A stretch of 64,000 bases of DNA, taken from Utricularia gibba (Eukaryota; Plantae; Magnoliophyta). The stretch spans positions 558,001 through 622,000 of the forward strand of contig NEEC01000020.1 of assembly GCA_002189035.1 (NCBI GenBank), read 5' to 3'. The notes below the pieces were generated by a model. That model saw only the letters and a list, made by a program, of their open reading frames with translations, searched no databases and was not told the origin of the DNA. The number at the start of each line of letters is the position of its first letter. Position 1 is the stretch's first letter. Both the position numbers and the translations under genes were made by a program. This document shows positions 27,016 through 38,288 of the stretch, in pieces.

Positions 27016-27649
27016 ATTTTGAAAATAAAAAATGATTCTACATTTATATTATTTTCAGATAAGAATTTATTTTTTATAATAAAATTAGTTTTATAGTATT
27101 GTTATATAATAAATTGTTTAAAATACATATTATGTTGTTATTCTAACCTAATAACAAATTATAACATAAGTATGAAATATAATAAATTGATATGATGTTG
27201 TTGAAAATAAATTGTAAAATTGATAGTTTAATTTCTATTTTTCGTTTCTATTATCTTTCAAAAAAAAATTATAAAATTATAAAAAAAATATTAAACACTT
27301 TAATGCAAATTTTTTAGTTGACTAGGGCATTGGGGATGATGCAATTCTAAACTCGAATTTTAACGTGTAAGTCATTTTCGGTTTCTGGAACATTTAAATA
27401 TGATGAAATAATGTAAAATTTCTTGTTTGTAGTGCAATCCTATGCATTACTGCGGGGCATTTGGACTCGTGGATGATCCCTAGACCAAAGGTGACTTCGC
27501 TCACTGTTCGCTTCGAATGTGATATCAGTTTGTAATTTGTGCGGAATTGCATTATTCCCAACCTTAACAGTTTGTAATGTGTCTTCACATTTTCCTTTAA
27601 TATCAACTACATCTAAATTTATTAAACAAACGAAATTCAACGTCAAACT

Positions 27650-28320
27650 ATATCATATATCAACGTTCATTCGAATTTTTTACATGACCATATACTAGTA
27701 GTATTTCATAAATCAAACCATCATCCATCATAAACCCAGTTCGATGGATCGGTATTTTACGAATTTATCCCTCAGCCTGGTCATTGCCTGACTTCCTACA
27801 CTCCCAAACTTCATAACCTATGAAGGTAACAAGAATGAAGGCAAAGATGCCCATAACTATATAAAATACAGTTAGTATCTCGATCATGTCTAATCTGCAA
27901 AACAAACATTATAATCACAAGTTTAATAACTATAAAATCAAAAAGCCGATCAAAATGAATATAGCTTTTATTGAATTTGGGATTTATATTTTCAAAAAAC
28001 AATCGATAAAATTGAAAATTAACAATAAGATTAAAAAATTGAAGCAGAACAATACATTAATTACCTTTCAAATGATATGAGCTGGACTTAGGATATTGAG
28101 TACCCATTGTATTTGCATTCATGATATATTTATAGGAGAGTGAATGGATTTTGGTGATTTATTTTGCATTTTGTGAATTTACATACAATTTTAATAATAT
28201 TTTCAAATGCACCGAAATTATAAAGGCATTTCATTTTCCAATAATTTTAATAGAAAAAATTGCTAATTTTTTCAAATAAGATTTTCTTTATTATTAATGA
28301 TACAAGAAATGTTATAATTG
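27650..28320. repeat. Repeat unit G, the most diverged
   Basis: Keeps the promoter, exon 1, a shortened intron and the ORF. Confidence 0.75.
27765..27887 (-). CDS. Micropeptide copy G, 40 aa, intact: MIEILTVFYIVMGIFAFILVTFIGYEVWECRKSGNDQAEG
   Basis: TATAAATA at 28127-28134, donor AG|GTAATT, intron 27895-28064, acceptor ttttgcag. Indels relative to the other copies preserve the frame. Ends QAEG-TAA with a synonymous Gly codon. Confidence 0.7.
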   Translation of the reverse strand: MIEILTVFYIVMGIFAFILVTFIGYEVWECRKSGNDQAEG

Positions 28321-28838
28321 ATTTTATTAATTAAATTGATAATTGATTAATAGAAAAACCGAATTGAAAGAAAATGAATTTGCTTTTGTTTTTTTTTAAT
28401 TTTTGAAGAAAATGAAAAAATAGATATCCTATTGTTCAAATTTCATTTAACTCATTTTTAAATTAAACAAATTAAAATAATTTATTGGAAAAAAACAATT
28501 TGAAATCTCTTTGGGAGAGGTTTTTCTTCCAAAATAATATTCTTGGATTTTATTTTTAAATACAAACAATTTCTATTCTAAAAAATATCAGTAATTAAAA
28601 TTAAAAAATGATTAATTTTCATTTTTTGATATATTTTGAATTTCTCATTTTTTAAAATAAAAAAGAATATTAGTATGTACAAAATATAACATTAATTTTT
28701 AAAATTATGTGGAGGTGGTGGTATTTGGGCTTGGGCTTGTGCATGGTGACCAGAAAATGGGATGATAATTGGGCCGAGTAAATGAGCCTATCTGAAGACG
28801 ATACGAGGCCCTTATTTATTTGTGAGGATGTTTTGCTG

Positions 28839-28847
28839 AAACCCTAA
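28839..28847 (+). promoter_or_regulatory. Telo-box (AAACCCTAA) upstream of RPP1, with nearby site II-like TGGGCY motifs
   Basis: Exact match ~50 nt before the ATG. Typical of plant ribosomal protein promoters. Confidence 0.7.
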
Positions 28848-28898
28848 TTTCAATTGAAGCCGCGGTGGCAGCATTCACGTTTCTGGTTTCTATCGGAG

Positions 28899-29467
28899 AT
28901 GTCGATCGGAGAGACGGCTTGCACCTACGCTGCCCTGATTCTTCACGACGATGGGATCTCAGTGACCGTGAGCTACTTGTCTTATTTTCCGCTCCGTTTC
29001 ATACATTTATCGTTTTGGCATTCAGATTTCGGATCCTCTGTTTTGTAGGCCGAGAAAATTGCTACGCTCGTGAAGGCTGCGAATTTGACAGTGGAGTCGT
29101 ACTGGCCGAGCCTCTTCGCGAAGCTTTGCGAGAAGAAAAACATTGAGGATCTTATCTTGAACGTTGGTGCTGGTGGCGGCGGTGCTGCGCTGGCTGTTTC
29201 TGCTCCGGTGGGCGGCGCTGCCTCGGGCGGTGCTGCACCGGCGGCTGCTGCTACGGTGGAGGAGAAAAAGGTACTAGCTTTGCCCTTAAATGGCCTCTTC
29301 ATTACCTGAAGTGCTTGAAATGAAACCCTGTCAATGATGACCTGTCTTGTAGAAAGTAAAATTGGTTTCATGATTATTTATTTATGATCTGTGCTTTGCA
29401 ATATTTCTTCCAGGAGGAACCGAAAGAAGAGAGTGATGACGACATGGGTTTCAGCTTGTTTGATTAA
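28899..29467 (+). CDS. RPP1: 60S acidic ribosomal protein P1
   Basis: Exons 28899-28967, 29049-29270 and 29414-29467 give [43 protein letters not shown]. Confidence 0.96.
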
Positions 29468-30151
29468 AAGGTGCAATCTTGTTCTGGCGCAATTCGTTCA
29501 TCTCGAGTTTTTGAAGTTCATTAGACATTTTTCAAGTAGTTATTTTCCCTTGTAAGTTTCTCGGATCGTTTATATTTGATTTGTGTTAATCTGTTCGAAG
29601 AGCAACATTCGACCCTCTCTTCTGCCGAGATCAAAACCTCTCCTTTTCTACATCTGATGTGAAAATAGAACACCATTCCTGTTTCCCATAGTCCTCTTCC
29701 CTCTACACTACATTCAAGTGTTTCATCTCTCCTAATCAAGAATCAGCAGTAGCACAAGAAAAGAAGCCCGATTCAGTTTCCGGTATTGGAGTTTCTCCAA
29801 GAAGTGGAATTCCTGAAAGGGGAACCAGAGAATGTGGATTCCAGGCCAAGTCCCAGAGAAGAAAGATATGGGGTCCCTCCGTTCCCCATCAAGATCGTGC
29901 ATTTCCTCCCCCATCGGCGCCTGGCCGAGTGCCACCGGAGGAAATTGTCGGACAAGATGAAGAAAATCGTTAACACCCCCCCCCCCCCCCCCCCACCCCT
30001 GCCGGAACATGGAGGGGGAAGGGTACTGATAAAAATGCCCAGGTTGAAAATTCGAGGTTTTTTCTTGCTTCTGAAGAAATGAATCTGCACTATGAATTCT
30101 CTAAAGAGATGGTTCTGTTTACAATCCAAGGAGATGAAATCAATCAATCAC

Positions 30152-30457
30152 TCAGTTGTTTCCAACTGTAAGAAGCTGCTGCGCCTGAGACAGGCGTTGG
30201 GTGAGCTCCACGATCCGGCCGTGGTAGTGACGAGCCTGGTCGACGGCGTCGGCCTCCAGCTCGCCGAGCTGGCTGCAGAGGCGCTCCTCCGCCTCCTCCG
30301 CCACCATCAGTCGTCTCCACAGCTTCTGCATCTCCTCCTTCATCCTCTCCTCCCTCACCAGACTATCCCTCAGCTCCTTCTCGAGCTCCTCGTTCTTTCG
30401 CCGGAGCTCCTCCGCCTCGTCCTGACGCAGCTCCGCCCTCCCAATTCTCTTCGCCAT
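30152..30457 (-). CDS. LSU: RESPONSE TO LOW SULFUR (LSU/UP9)-like coiled-coil protein, 101 aa
   Basis: Family motif VAEEAEERLCSQLGELEADAVDQAR. Intronless. TATAAATA at 30525-30532. Confidence 0.9.
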   Translation of the reverse strand: MAKRIGRAELRQDEAEELRRKNEELEKELRDSLVREERMKEEMQKLWRRLMVAEEAEERLCSQLGELEADAVDQARHYHGRIVELTQRLSQAQQLLTVGNN

Positions 30458-32684
30458 CGGAAAAAAATCAAACTTGAAAGAAGCTTCTTGGTGTTCGATG
30501 CTGCAAACGTAGTCGTGGGGGGTTTATTTATAGCGATGCGGAAAGCGTGTAGTCTCTCTTTTGTTGTTTAGGATGAGAAACGTGTCATCTTGGACGACGT
30601 TTTTCGTTGACGGTGGGGTCCACTTTTGGCTTACACGAATCTGGACGCCTTCCGCGGCCACATTCTTGGAGGTCTGGAACTTGCGTGTCATCTCGGAAGT
30701 CGGTATGACGTTGAGGTGGGGTCCACTTCTCTTGGTAGGTTTGTTTGTGGCTGGGACGAATGTGGACGCCTTCCGTGGCAACGTTCCTGAAGTTCTGGAA
30801 TGTACGCGGCCTACTCTCCTCGCGTCGTCCATGACGCCATCCTCAGGGCCCGTAGAAAAAATATCGTTTTTCAAATATATATTTTTCTTTTATTAAAAAA
30901 ATAACAATATTTAGTGTGGGATAGCTGATTTTATGCTTATATGTGTGGTTTTTAATAATTTCATAATTTAGACTATGTGTTTTGATATCCAGTACTGCAT
31001 AGTTCTAATCAATGTTTTAAATTTTACTAAAATTTTGTCGAAATTTTTTGGAACAAAATATTTTTGAAAATTATCATTTCCTTTGAAATTTGATAATAAT
31101 TATGGTTTTGGACTCAATTTGAATTTTTATTAAGAATTTGATTTTTTTTCTAAAGCTCTTAATTTAATTTTTTTTCTATTTATAATTATTATATTTCATT
31201 AATACATTAAACAATTCAAACAAAAAGTGAACATAAAAAGAGGCATTGTCAAGCGTTCCCATCTCATGAACTTATTTTTGGGTTTCAAGTCAAATATTGA
31301 AATAATCTTCCGGCGCGTGGGCCGGTCAACGAATCCGGTCCAGGTGCGCGTTTCTGAGGAATAGAATCATCTACTTTCTAGAACCTTCCATTAAGTACAC
31401 TTTATTTTTGGGTATTCAATTGAACTTTAGACTAAGATTGAAAAACAACTTTCAAAAAGTATTTCTTATAAAATTGAAGTTGGGTGTGCAGATATGTTTT
31501 CAAATTAGGGTTCAAAATCGGACTAGCTTTGCTCCGATTCGATTCATAACACAAGTTTATATGAGTTTTAAGATAAATTATATTTTTGAGTAAATTATAC
31601 TAAATATGAAATCTAACTTTTCAATTTTTTATGTATTCCTTTTTATTTTATTTTTTAAAACATTGAATTTTGAGTTTACAATATCAAATATAACAATTCA
31701 TTTTTTTCTTATATGATGTTATCCAATTCGAACATCAAATTTTTAAAATATTATGTTTTCTAGGAAAAGACCTCATATAAAATTAAGTAAATCACTCTAT
31801 TTTAACAAATTCTTACTCTCATTTATAATCAATGTGAGATACATTTATAAAGTTTCTGGTATTATATTATTTCCTTTAGATACATTATTCTTATTGAGTT
31901 TTCTCTTATCTTATCAATGCAAAATTTATGTGATCATTCTACTTAATTTCATTACTTCTCTTGTTCATAACAGATGTGGGAGATTGTTGCCAATCCCCAA
32001 AACTTTTAAATTCAAAACCAATAATCGAATACTCAATAATATAGTAATTACAACCAATTAACCGATTCGACTACCATTTAATCATGGATGAATTTGAGAA
32101 AAGATATAAAATGTATAAATCTTGCTATCATTCCTTTACACATGACATAAAATTTATATTGAAAATGATGAGTTTTTTCATGTGTAGAATACCATATGAT
32201 TTAGATTTCTAAATAATCGATATGGTAATACGGGATACATCATAGGTTATTCAACTTTTGGTTAGATGGGCTACTTTATATTAAACATATAAAAATTTAA
32301 TTGCATTAATTGAAGTTATTGTCATTGAAAAGTTTTTAAATTATTAAATTGTAAAAAGGCGAATATTGTTTTAGTCTGTATAAACAAAAAAAAATGAATC
32401 TGTAAAAAGTGGACCGAAACGGTGTCATTTTCCGTCTGATGTGGACGTATTGTACTTTATTCGGTACGGATGAATGGAAAGCAGAACCGCCATCCGCGAT
32501 TTAAATTCTGCTGTGCCTGAGTAGGAGTAGCAGTTCACCTTTCGACGCTTTCTTCTTCTTCTTGGTTATCTTGAGAAACGCAGGTGAGTAAAATGGTGTG
32601 ATTCATTCGCAATTTTTAGTTGAGTCGGTGCTGCGTGCGGATTTTGGATGTCGATTATTGCGTGGGCAGGTGAGGATCACCACA

Positions 32685-34878
32685 ATGGCGGCGGATGGAT
32701 GCTACCTGCCGTCGTCAAACCTTCCACAGGCGCAGGGTTCTGTTCATCGTAGGAAATACAATGCTCTTGCACCCGGCGGAAAGTTTCTAAGGTAATTCTG
32801 TAGTGAATGGCCGGAGTTTTTCCACTGTAGTGTTGAATTCGACCGGACTTGCATGTATGTCGTCTTCTTGATGGCGTACTTCGTTTCCTTTGCTTGATGC
32901 TTGGGAAAGATACGAGAGTTTTGGGGAGTTTCGATTTGCATTTCAGCAGAGTCATGTCTGTGTTTCGCGAACGGATTTGTTGCCAAGGCGAACTCCTATA
33001 AGTTACGTCAGGAGATGAACGGAGGTTCAGTAGCGAATTGCATGAGTTCGTTGTGCTCTTATCTGCTTTTGATCTTTGAAAACATTACCAGCATTCTGAT
33101 GCACATGATCCGGATTAACAATCTCACACTTGTTCCTGAATGTGTTGGAGAGGCTGCTTTTTGGGTACTTCACTCGTATGAGAGGCAATTTTTTTAAAAA
33201 AAGCTCTTGCAGGGTTAGGGAAACATTTTATACTCAGCAGTTTTACAAGCTGAAGAACATCAAACTTTGCCGCGGACATGATGCAAAGATCAGCATCAAC
33301 CAAATAATGCCTGAGTTATCCTTCGACCGGCTGCAGCCCACAGTTGAACAGTACGCTGGACAGCAGAGTAGGATGTTCGGTGCTTTTGTTGCTCGTTCGG
33401 CTATTGTGGATGAGGAATATTGGGTTAGTTTGATTTTCCTCCAAGTCTCTGCCATTGGTTATTCATTTCACCTGGTGCACATGCATGAGCGCAAGGCATA
33501 TGATCCTTGGTTATATTTCTCTGAAGGGGCTGCTTATTTCTATGACAAGGTTTTACTGTAACTATGGCAGGCTGCAGCATGGCTTCGAGCAGAAGCCCTT
33601 TGGGAATCTGAATCTCATACCAGGTACCTTTCTCTCCAACCTGCATTTTCTTGTTTAATGGCACGGATGCGTTACTATTGTTACATCTATGGTCGGTGTT
33701 GCGTCAGTCATGTTGATCTGTACAAGCTGAAGTATGCACAAGAGGTGAGTTTATGCTCCAAGCCATGCTTTCAGCCCCATTTTCACATTAACTTCTTCGT
33801 TGGTGGTCCGCGATTCTTCTACTCTAAACTCACCAATTCTTGACAGGAGTTCTACGCTTTGAAGCGGAGGTGCTCTGGGCAGGACGGGAACTCCCTGAAG
33901 TACTGTTGCATAGTTGCAGTAAGTGGATACGCCTTAAATTCTGCTCAATCAATCCCCATGTTACTCCAAGCCCGGGCTTATATTCTGTATCTCCTCCAGT
34001 ATCCAGTAACTGAAATCGCAGTTAGGCTTTTACCTTCTTGCAAGTCAATGGCTATAGGGTTTACTGATTATTTTAACACAACTCTTGCAGGTTAAAAAAG
34101 AAGATCCACGCTTCAGAAGAACAGTCATCAACAGCACAGTGGGTACTCTGGACCTGAGCATCAGGCAGTTCGTACCAGGGGAAGCTTATCCCGAGGTACA
34201 AGCAAGCAGACAGATGCTTATTGCGCTGTGCCCCCCAGTTCTTCAGACATCTCGTTTCCATCAATCACCCGCACACTGAATCCTAAATATTTGCCCACTT
34301 CCATATTCTTTCATCATTTTCTTAGGCCTCGCTCATTAACTTGTTCTTTATTGTTTTCCATTTGCCCCGCTGTGCAGCAGATCAGGAGGAGTTATTCTGT
34401 TCTTGCTAGCCAGGAGCCTTTTGACACACAAGAGCACGGTTACATTGCAAACGTCTCTGTAGCCAAGTTCGCTCGACGTCGAGGCATTGCTTCCAACATG
34501 CTACTCCTGGCAGCGGATGTTGCAACCAAAGCAGGTGTTGTTTTTCATCCAAATGATCACATCATTCTGGTTCATTTGCACCCCTCTTGGATCTGATAAT
34601 GCTCTCTTTTCATCTACTTCTATAGGGCTGAAGACCATATTTGTGCATGTAAATGCAGGCAACCATGGCGCCCGACATCTCTTTGAAAAAACCGGTTTCA
34701 AGGTTTCTGTACTAAACTTAACTTGCTTGAGTTCTGTGCCTGCAATATTTCTGGGGTTCATTTGAAAAAGTTGAGGTGGTTCTTCTTTTCTCTGACTGAA
34801 AAACCACAGGTCGTTGCTGGTGCAGCTTCACCACCTCCATCAAGGGATCGAAGAACACTCATGTCCATGGGCATATGA
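32685..34878 (+). CDS. GNAT-family N-acetyltransferase, probably plastid type, multi-exon
   Basis: Exons encode FVARSAIVDEEYW, AAAWLRAE, EFYALKRRC, VGTLDLSIRQ, the acetyl-CoA motif GYIANVSVAKFARRRGIASNML, and FVHVNAGNHGARHLFEKTGF. Internal exon borders are approximate. Confidence 0.88.
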
Positions 34879-36579
34879 CAGCAGATGTCCCTTCCCCACC
34901 CACTCATTTTCAAACAGAGAACTTGCAGAGTTCCTCAAGAAGACACGCCTTTAGACCTCAACTGCATCACAGAAGGGCTGACAGGTACACAGGAACAAGC
35001 AAAAGGTACACAACAAGCATACCCCTCACTCTGTGTTCAGTGCAGCTTTCAGCCTCGTTGTTTTCTTGCACAGAAAACCAGATGTAACCACGAATTCACC
35101 CTATGAACACTGGTTTACAACATAAGCTGCTAAGCCAGCCCCCAAAGTTTACCCCTCCCCGTAGTGAATGAACCTCATGGTCACCAAAGTTTCCACGCAT
35201 CACATCCTGGTGTCTCCTTCTAAACCAACGGCTTCCAAATAGATGGGCACAAGTAAGTAGTAGTGAATTCAGGGCATTTGCATAGAGGTTTCAAAAACCA
35301 CACCAGTCGAGAATGACGACATGAAACTGGTTCATATGAGGGAGTGGGAATCCAGTGTTACTATTGCAGGTGCATCGACACTGTGGGAACAAGTAAGTTT
35401 CAGGTTCTAGCAAGGGGCTTATGCAACCACAACATCATCCACCGCAGATCGGCATAAGGATCAAGAAAATGCTTCCCAAATTTCAGCTATCGGAGGATTA
35501 AGTCAACAATGCAGGCGAGCATCAAGAGGTAAGCAGCCCCAAGACTACCACGGCATGCTCTCTACCATTCATTTCCCAGAACAGTAGAAACAACTGCAAC
35601 ACAGCTATTCCAAAAACAAAACACCATGATGCTTGTTAGTTTATAACCATCCCCGTGGCCTTGCACACCGAAAAAATCTTCCCTCACCGAAGGCCATTGT
35701 GGGAATGGCAAGTGCGAAAAAAAAAGGATTGTCATTATAAAACATCTGTTTTCCCAGAAAAAAAGCAAGAGGCTACATTTCAAGTTCCTCCATGTAATGA
35801 AAAGAAAAGGGTTGAGAAATTTAAAAAATCTAATGACAGCAACGTATTTAACCAAACTTTCCCAATGCTTTTAAGTCACTACTGAACGAAAAAAAAGACT
35901 TTCAGAAAATGCTGAGCATTAGTAGTAAGCGAAAAGCTGATACATGATTTTGTTTTTGTTAAAATGAAAGAAAGAGTGACTTTTTGCTACAAGGGAAAGG
36001 CTTCGTTTGCATGAATGCTGGACTCCGGAATCACCAGTGCCCAAAGGTAAAAGTTCGATGTGTTTTGAAGAATCTGCATGATGAATACGTAAAATATAAA
36101 ATGAAAATTTATTTAAAAAAAAAACTCAGAGAATCTGATAAACTGGGTTTGTGCCATTGGGCACAATCACCTGCATTTTTCATCAGCATCAAAACTTAGT
36201 TAGGTGACCTGCTCAACAATAAAAGCATGAAATGCAAAGAAGAGACTGCAGAAGCAGTGAAATTTATGGATCAGCAACACAAAAATATGTTTTCTAGCAG
36301 TACTTCATTATGGTTCATGCTCATTTCTCACTGGCTTCAAACAATCAAATTTGACAGCGTTGATATTCAGATTATGTGGAAAAATTTTCAACAAACTCAT
36401 AGGCATTCATCTCAAGGACATCAAACATAAAACTTGGGCGTTTTGGCTACTCTGCAAGGATGGAATCCAAGCACATATTAGAGCTATTCCAATTAAACTC
36501 ATACATGGACAGCCTCATGCGTTAGTTAGTCACTTGAAATGCAAAATGTTTGAGGAAACACCAATATACCTTCGGTCAC

Positions 36580-38040
36580 CTATTGACCATGACCCATGTA
36601 GGGTGGACCTCCGTGATGTGGCCTTGCAACCCCTGGGCCGATCTGTGGCTGGCTACTGAAGCCTCCTTGCATCCCCGTTTGCCCTGCATAGCCCCCAATG
36701 CCAACTTGACCACCATAACCAGGATTATTAATCATTGGTGGCATCCCCTGTGGAGCAACACCAGGTGGCATCCCTCCAAGCACATTTCCAATACCCAATC
36801 CAGCCCCTTGGGAAGCCAATAAAGCAGCCACAGCCTGCCCTATGGCCACAGGTGCAGCAGCAGGATTGAAACCCATGGGTGGAACTGCTGGCCCAGCACC
36901 TGGTGCCATCAAGTGGCCAACGTTGTGCCCTACGCCACTGCCTCCCGAGTATCTCCCCTTCTTTGCAGGATGATGATACCCTTGATGTCCCTGGTGTTGA
37001 AGTTGGTGATTGAAGTTCTCCCTGTTGTATTTCGGCCCATCTATGGCCCTTTGGCAATGAAGCATCTGACCCTCAAAATTTTTGTGTGGTTCCTCTAATG
37101 CTCTCTTGGCACTTTCAAATGTCTTGTACACAAATAAACAAAACCCTTTAGGTTTCCCAGTCTGTTTGTCTAAACCAAGAGGCCCCTCCTCAATCTCACC
37201 AAATCTTGAGAAGAACTCATATAGCTTGCTAGGATCCAGCTCCGCACACACATTGCTCACATAAATCTTCCTCTGAGTGTATTCGGAAACATTAGGTGAT
37301 GGAAATGCCGGCATCGGAGGCGGTGCCGAAGACTGAACAGGCCCAGCTGAGGCCAGCTGACATGAAGTCATTCGGCCTTCGATAAGCTTCTGCGGCTGCT
37401 TCAATGCACGCCTAGCACCATCCCGGTGTTTATAAAGGATGAAACCATACCCCTTAGACTTACCAGTACTTTTATCTCTTACCACCTTGCAATCTTCAAT
37501 CTCCCCATACTTCCCGAACACAGCGGTTATAGCCTCGGTGCTTGCATCCCAGCCAAGGCCATGGACAAAAACCTTGCAGTGCGCAGGATCGCTCCCAGCC
37601 AATTCAAGCAACTTCTCGGTTATGCCAGGATATTTCGCAGCAGCTTCCTTGAATAAAAGCACCAACTGGTCCTTAGAAAATGGCTCAAGCAGCTTCTCCA
37701 GCGGCTCTTCCTCCAATTCATCCTCGAATTCCACCTTCTGTACGCCATTTACCACCGGAGGATTCTCATCATTCCTTTCCTCCTCCTTCGAAATAGCATC
37801 ACCCCCTTCGCTATAACCCTCAGCACTCTCCGGAACAGCCTCTTCAGGCTCTTCTACATCTTCTTCCAACACTTGCTCCTCGGCCGCTGTGTCCTCTTCC
37901 ACAATCTCGCTATCTATGGCCGCTCCGGAAGCTGGCTCCAACAAGTCCCCATGCGCAAGTTCGGACTCATCGGGCTGTGCCGGTGAATGTTCGGGCTCGC
38001 CGGCAGCTTCGCCCGCCCTAGCTTTCCGCTTCCTCGGCAT
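36580..38040 (-). CDS. UBA2: UBP1-associated protein 2-like RNA-binding protein (2 RRMs)
   Basis: Acidic N-terminus, KLLEPFSKDQL, RRM1 (KVFVHGLGWD..KGYGFI), RRM2 (KIYVSNV..KGFCLF) and a Gly-rich tail. Probable start MPRKRK at 38040. Confidence 0.92.
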   Translation of the reverse strand: MPRKRKARAGEAAGEPEHSPAQPDESELAHGDLLEPASGAAIDSEIVEEDTAAEEQVLEEDVEEPEEAVPESAEGYSEGGDAISKEEERNDENPPVVNGVQKVEFEDELEEEPLEKLLEPFSKDQLVLLFKEAAAKYPGITEKLLELAGSDPAHCKVFVHGLGWDASTEAITAVFGKYGEIEDCKVVRDKSTGKSKGYGFILYKHRDGARRALKQPQKLIEGRMTSCQLASAGPVQSSAPPPMPAFPSPNVSEYTQRKIYVSNVCAELDPSKLYEFFSRFGEIEEGPLGLDKQTGKPKGFCLFVYKTFESAKRALEEPHKNFEGQMLHCQRAIDGPKYNRENFNHQLQHQGHQGYHHPAKKGRYSGGSGVGHNVGHLMAPGAGPAVPPMGFNPAAAPVAIGQAVAALLASQGAGLGIGNVLGGMPPGVAPQGMPPMINNPGYGGQVGIGGYAGQTGMQGGFSSQPQIGPGVARPHHGGPPYMGHGQ

Positions 38041-38288
38041 GGGAATTGCTGAAGATGAGAAATTAGGGTTTTTTTTCTTTTGATCGGGGATTGGGGAGAG
38101 CGCTGCACACTCCATGACACACCTCCTGTAATTTCTTAAAATTCTATTTTTTTAAAAAATAAAAATAATAATATTATGATAAAATTAATAGATTAATTTT
38201 AATTTTTTAAACGGATCGCCCATGGCACAGGAAACCTTCCTTTTGTCCACATCATGCTTATTCCAGGCAGGCTATGGCAAGCCATCTC

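Noticed and set aside
10964-27887. Micropeptides as IRON MAN/FEP peptides, given the YSL neighbour
   Set aside because: They lack the Asp-rich G-D-D-D-D..APAA C-terminal motif and have a long hydrophobic segment that IMA peptides do not.
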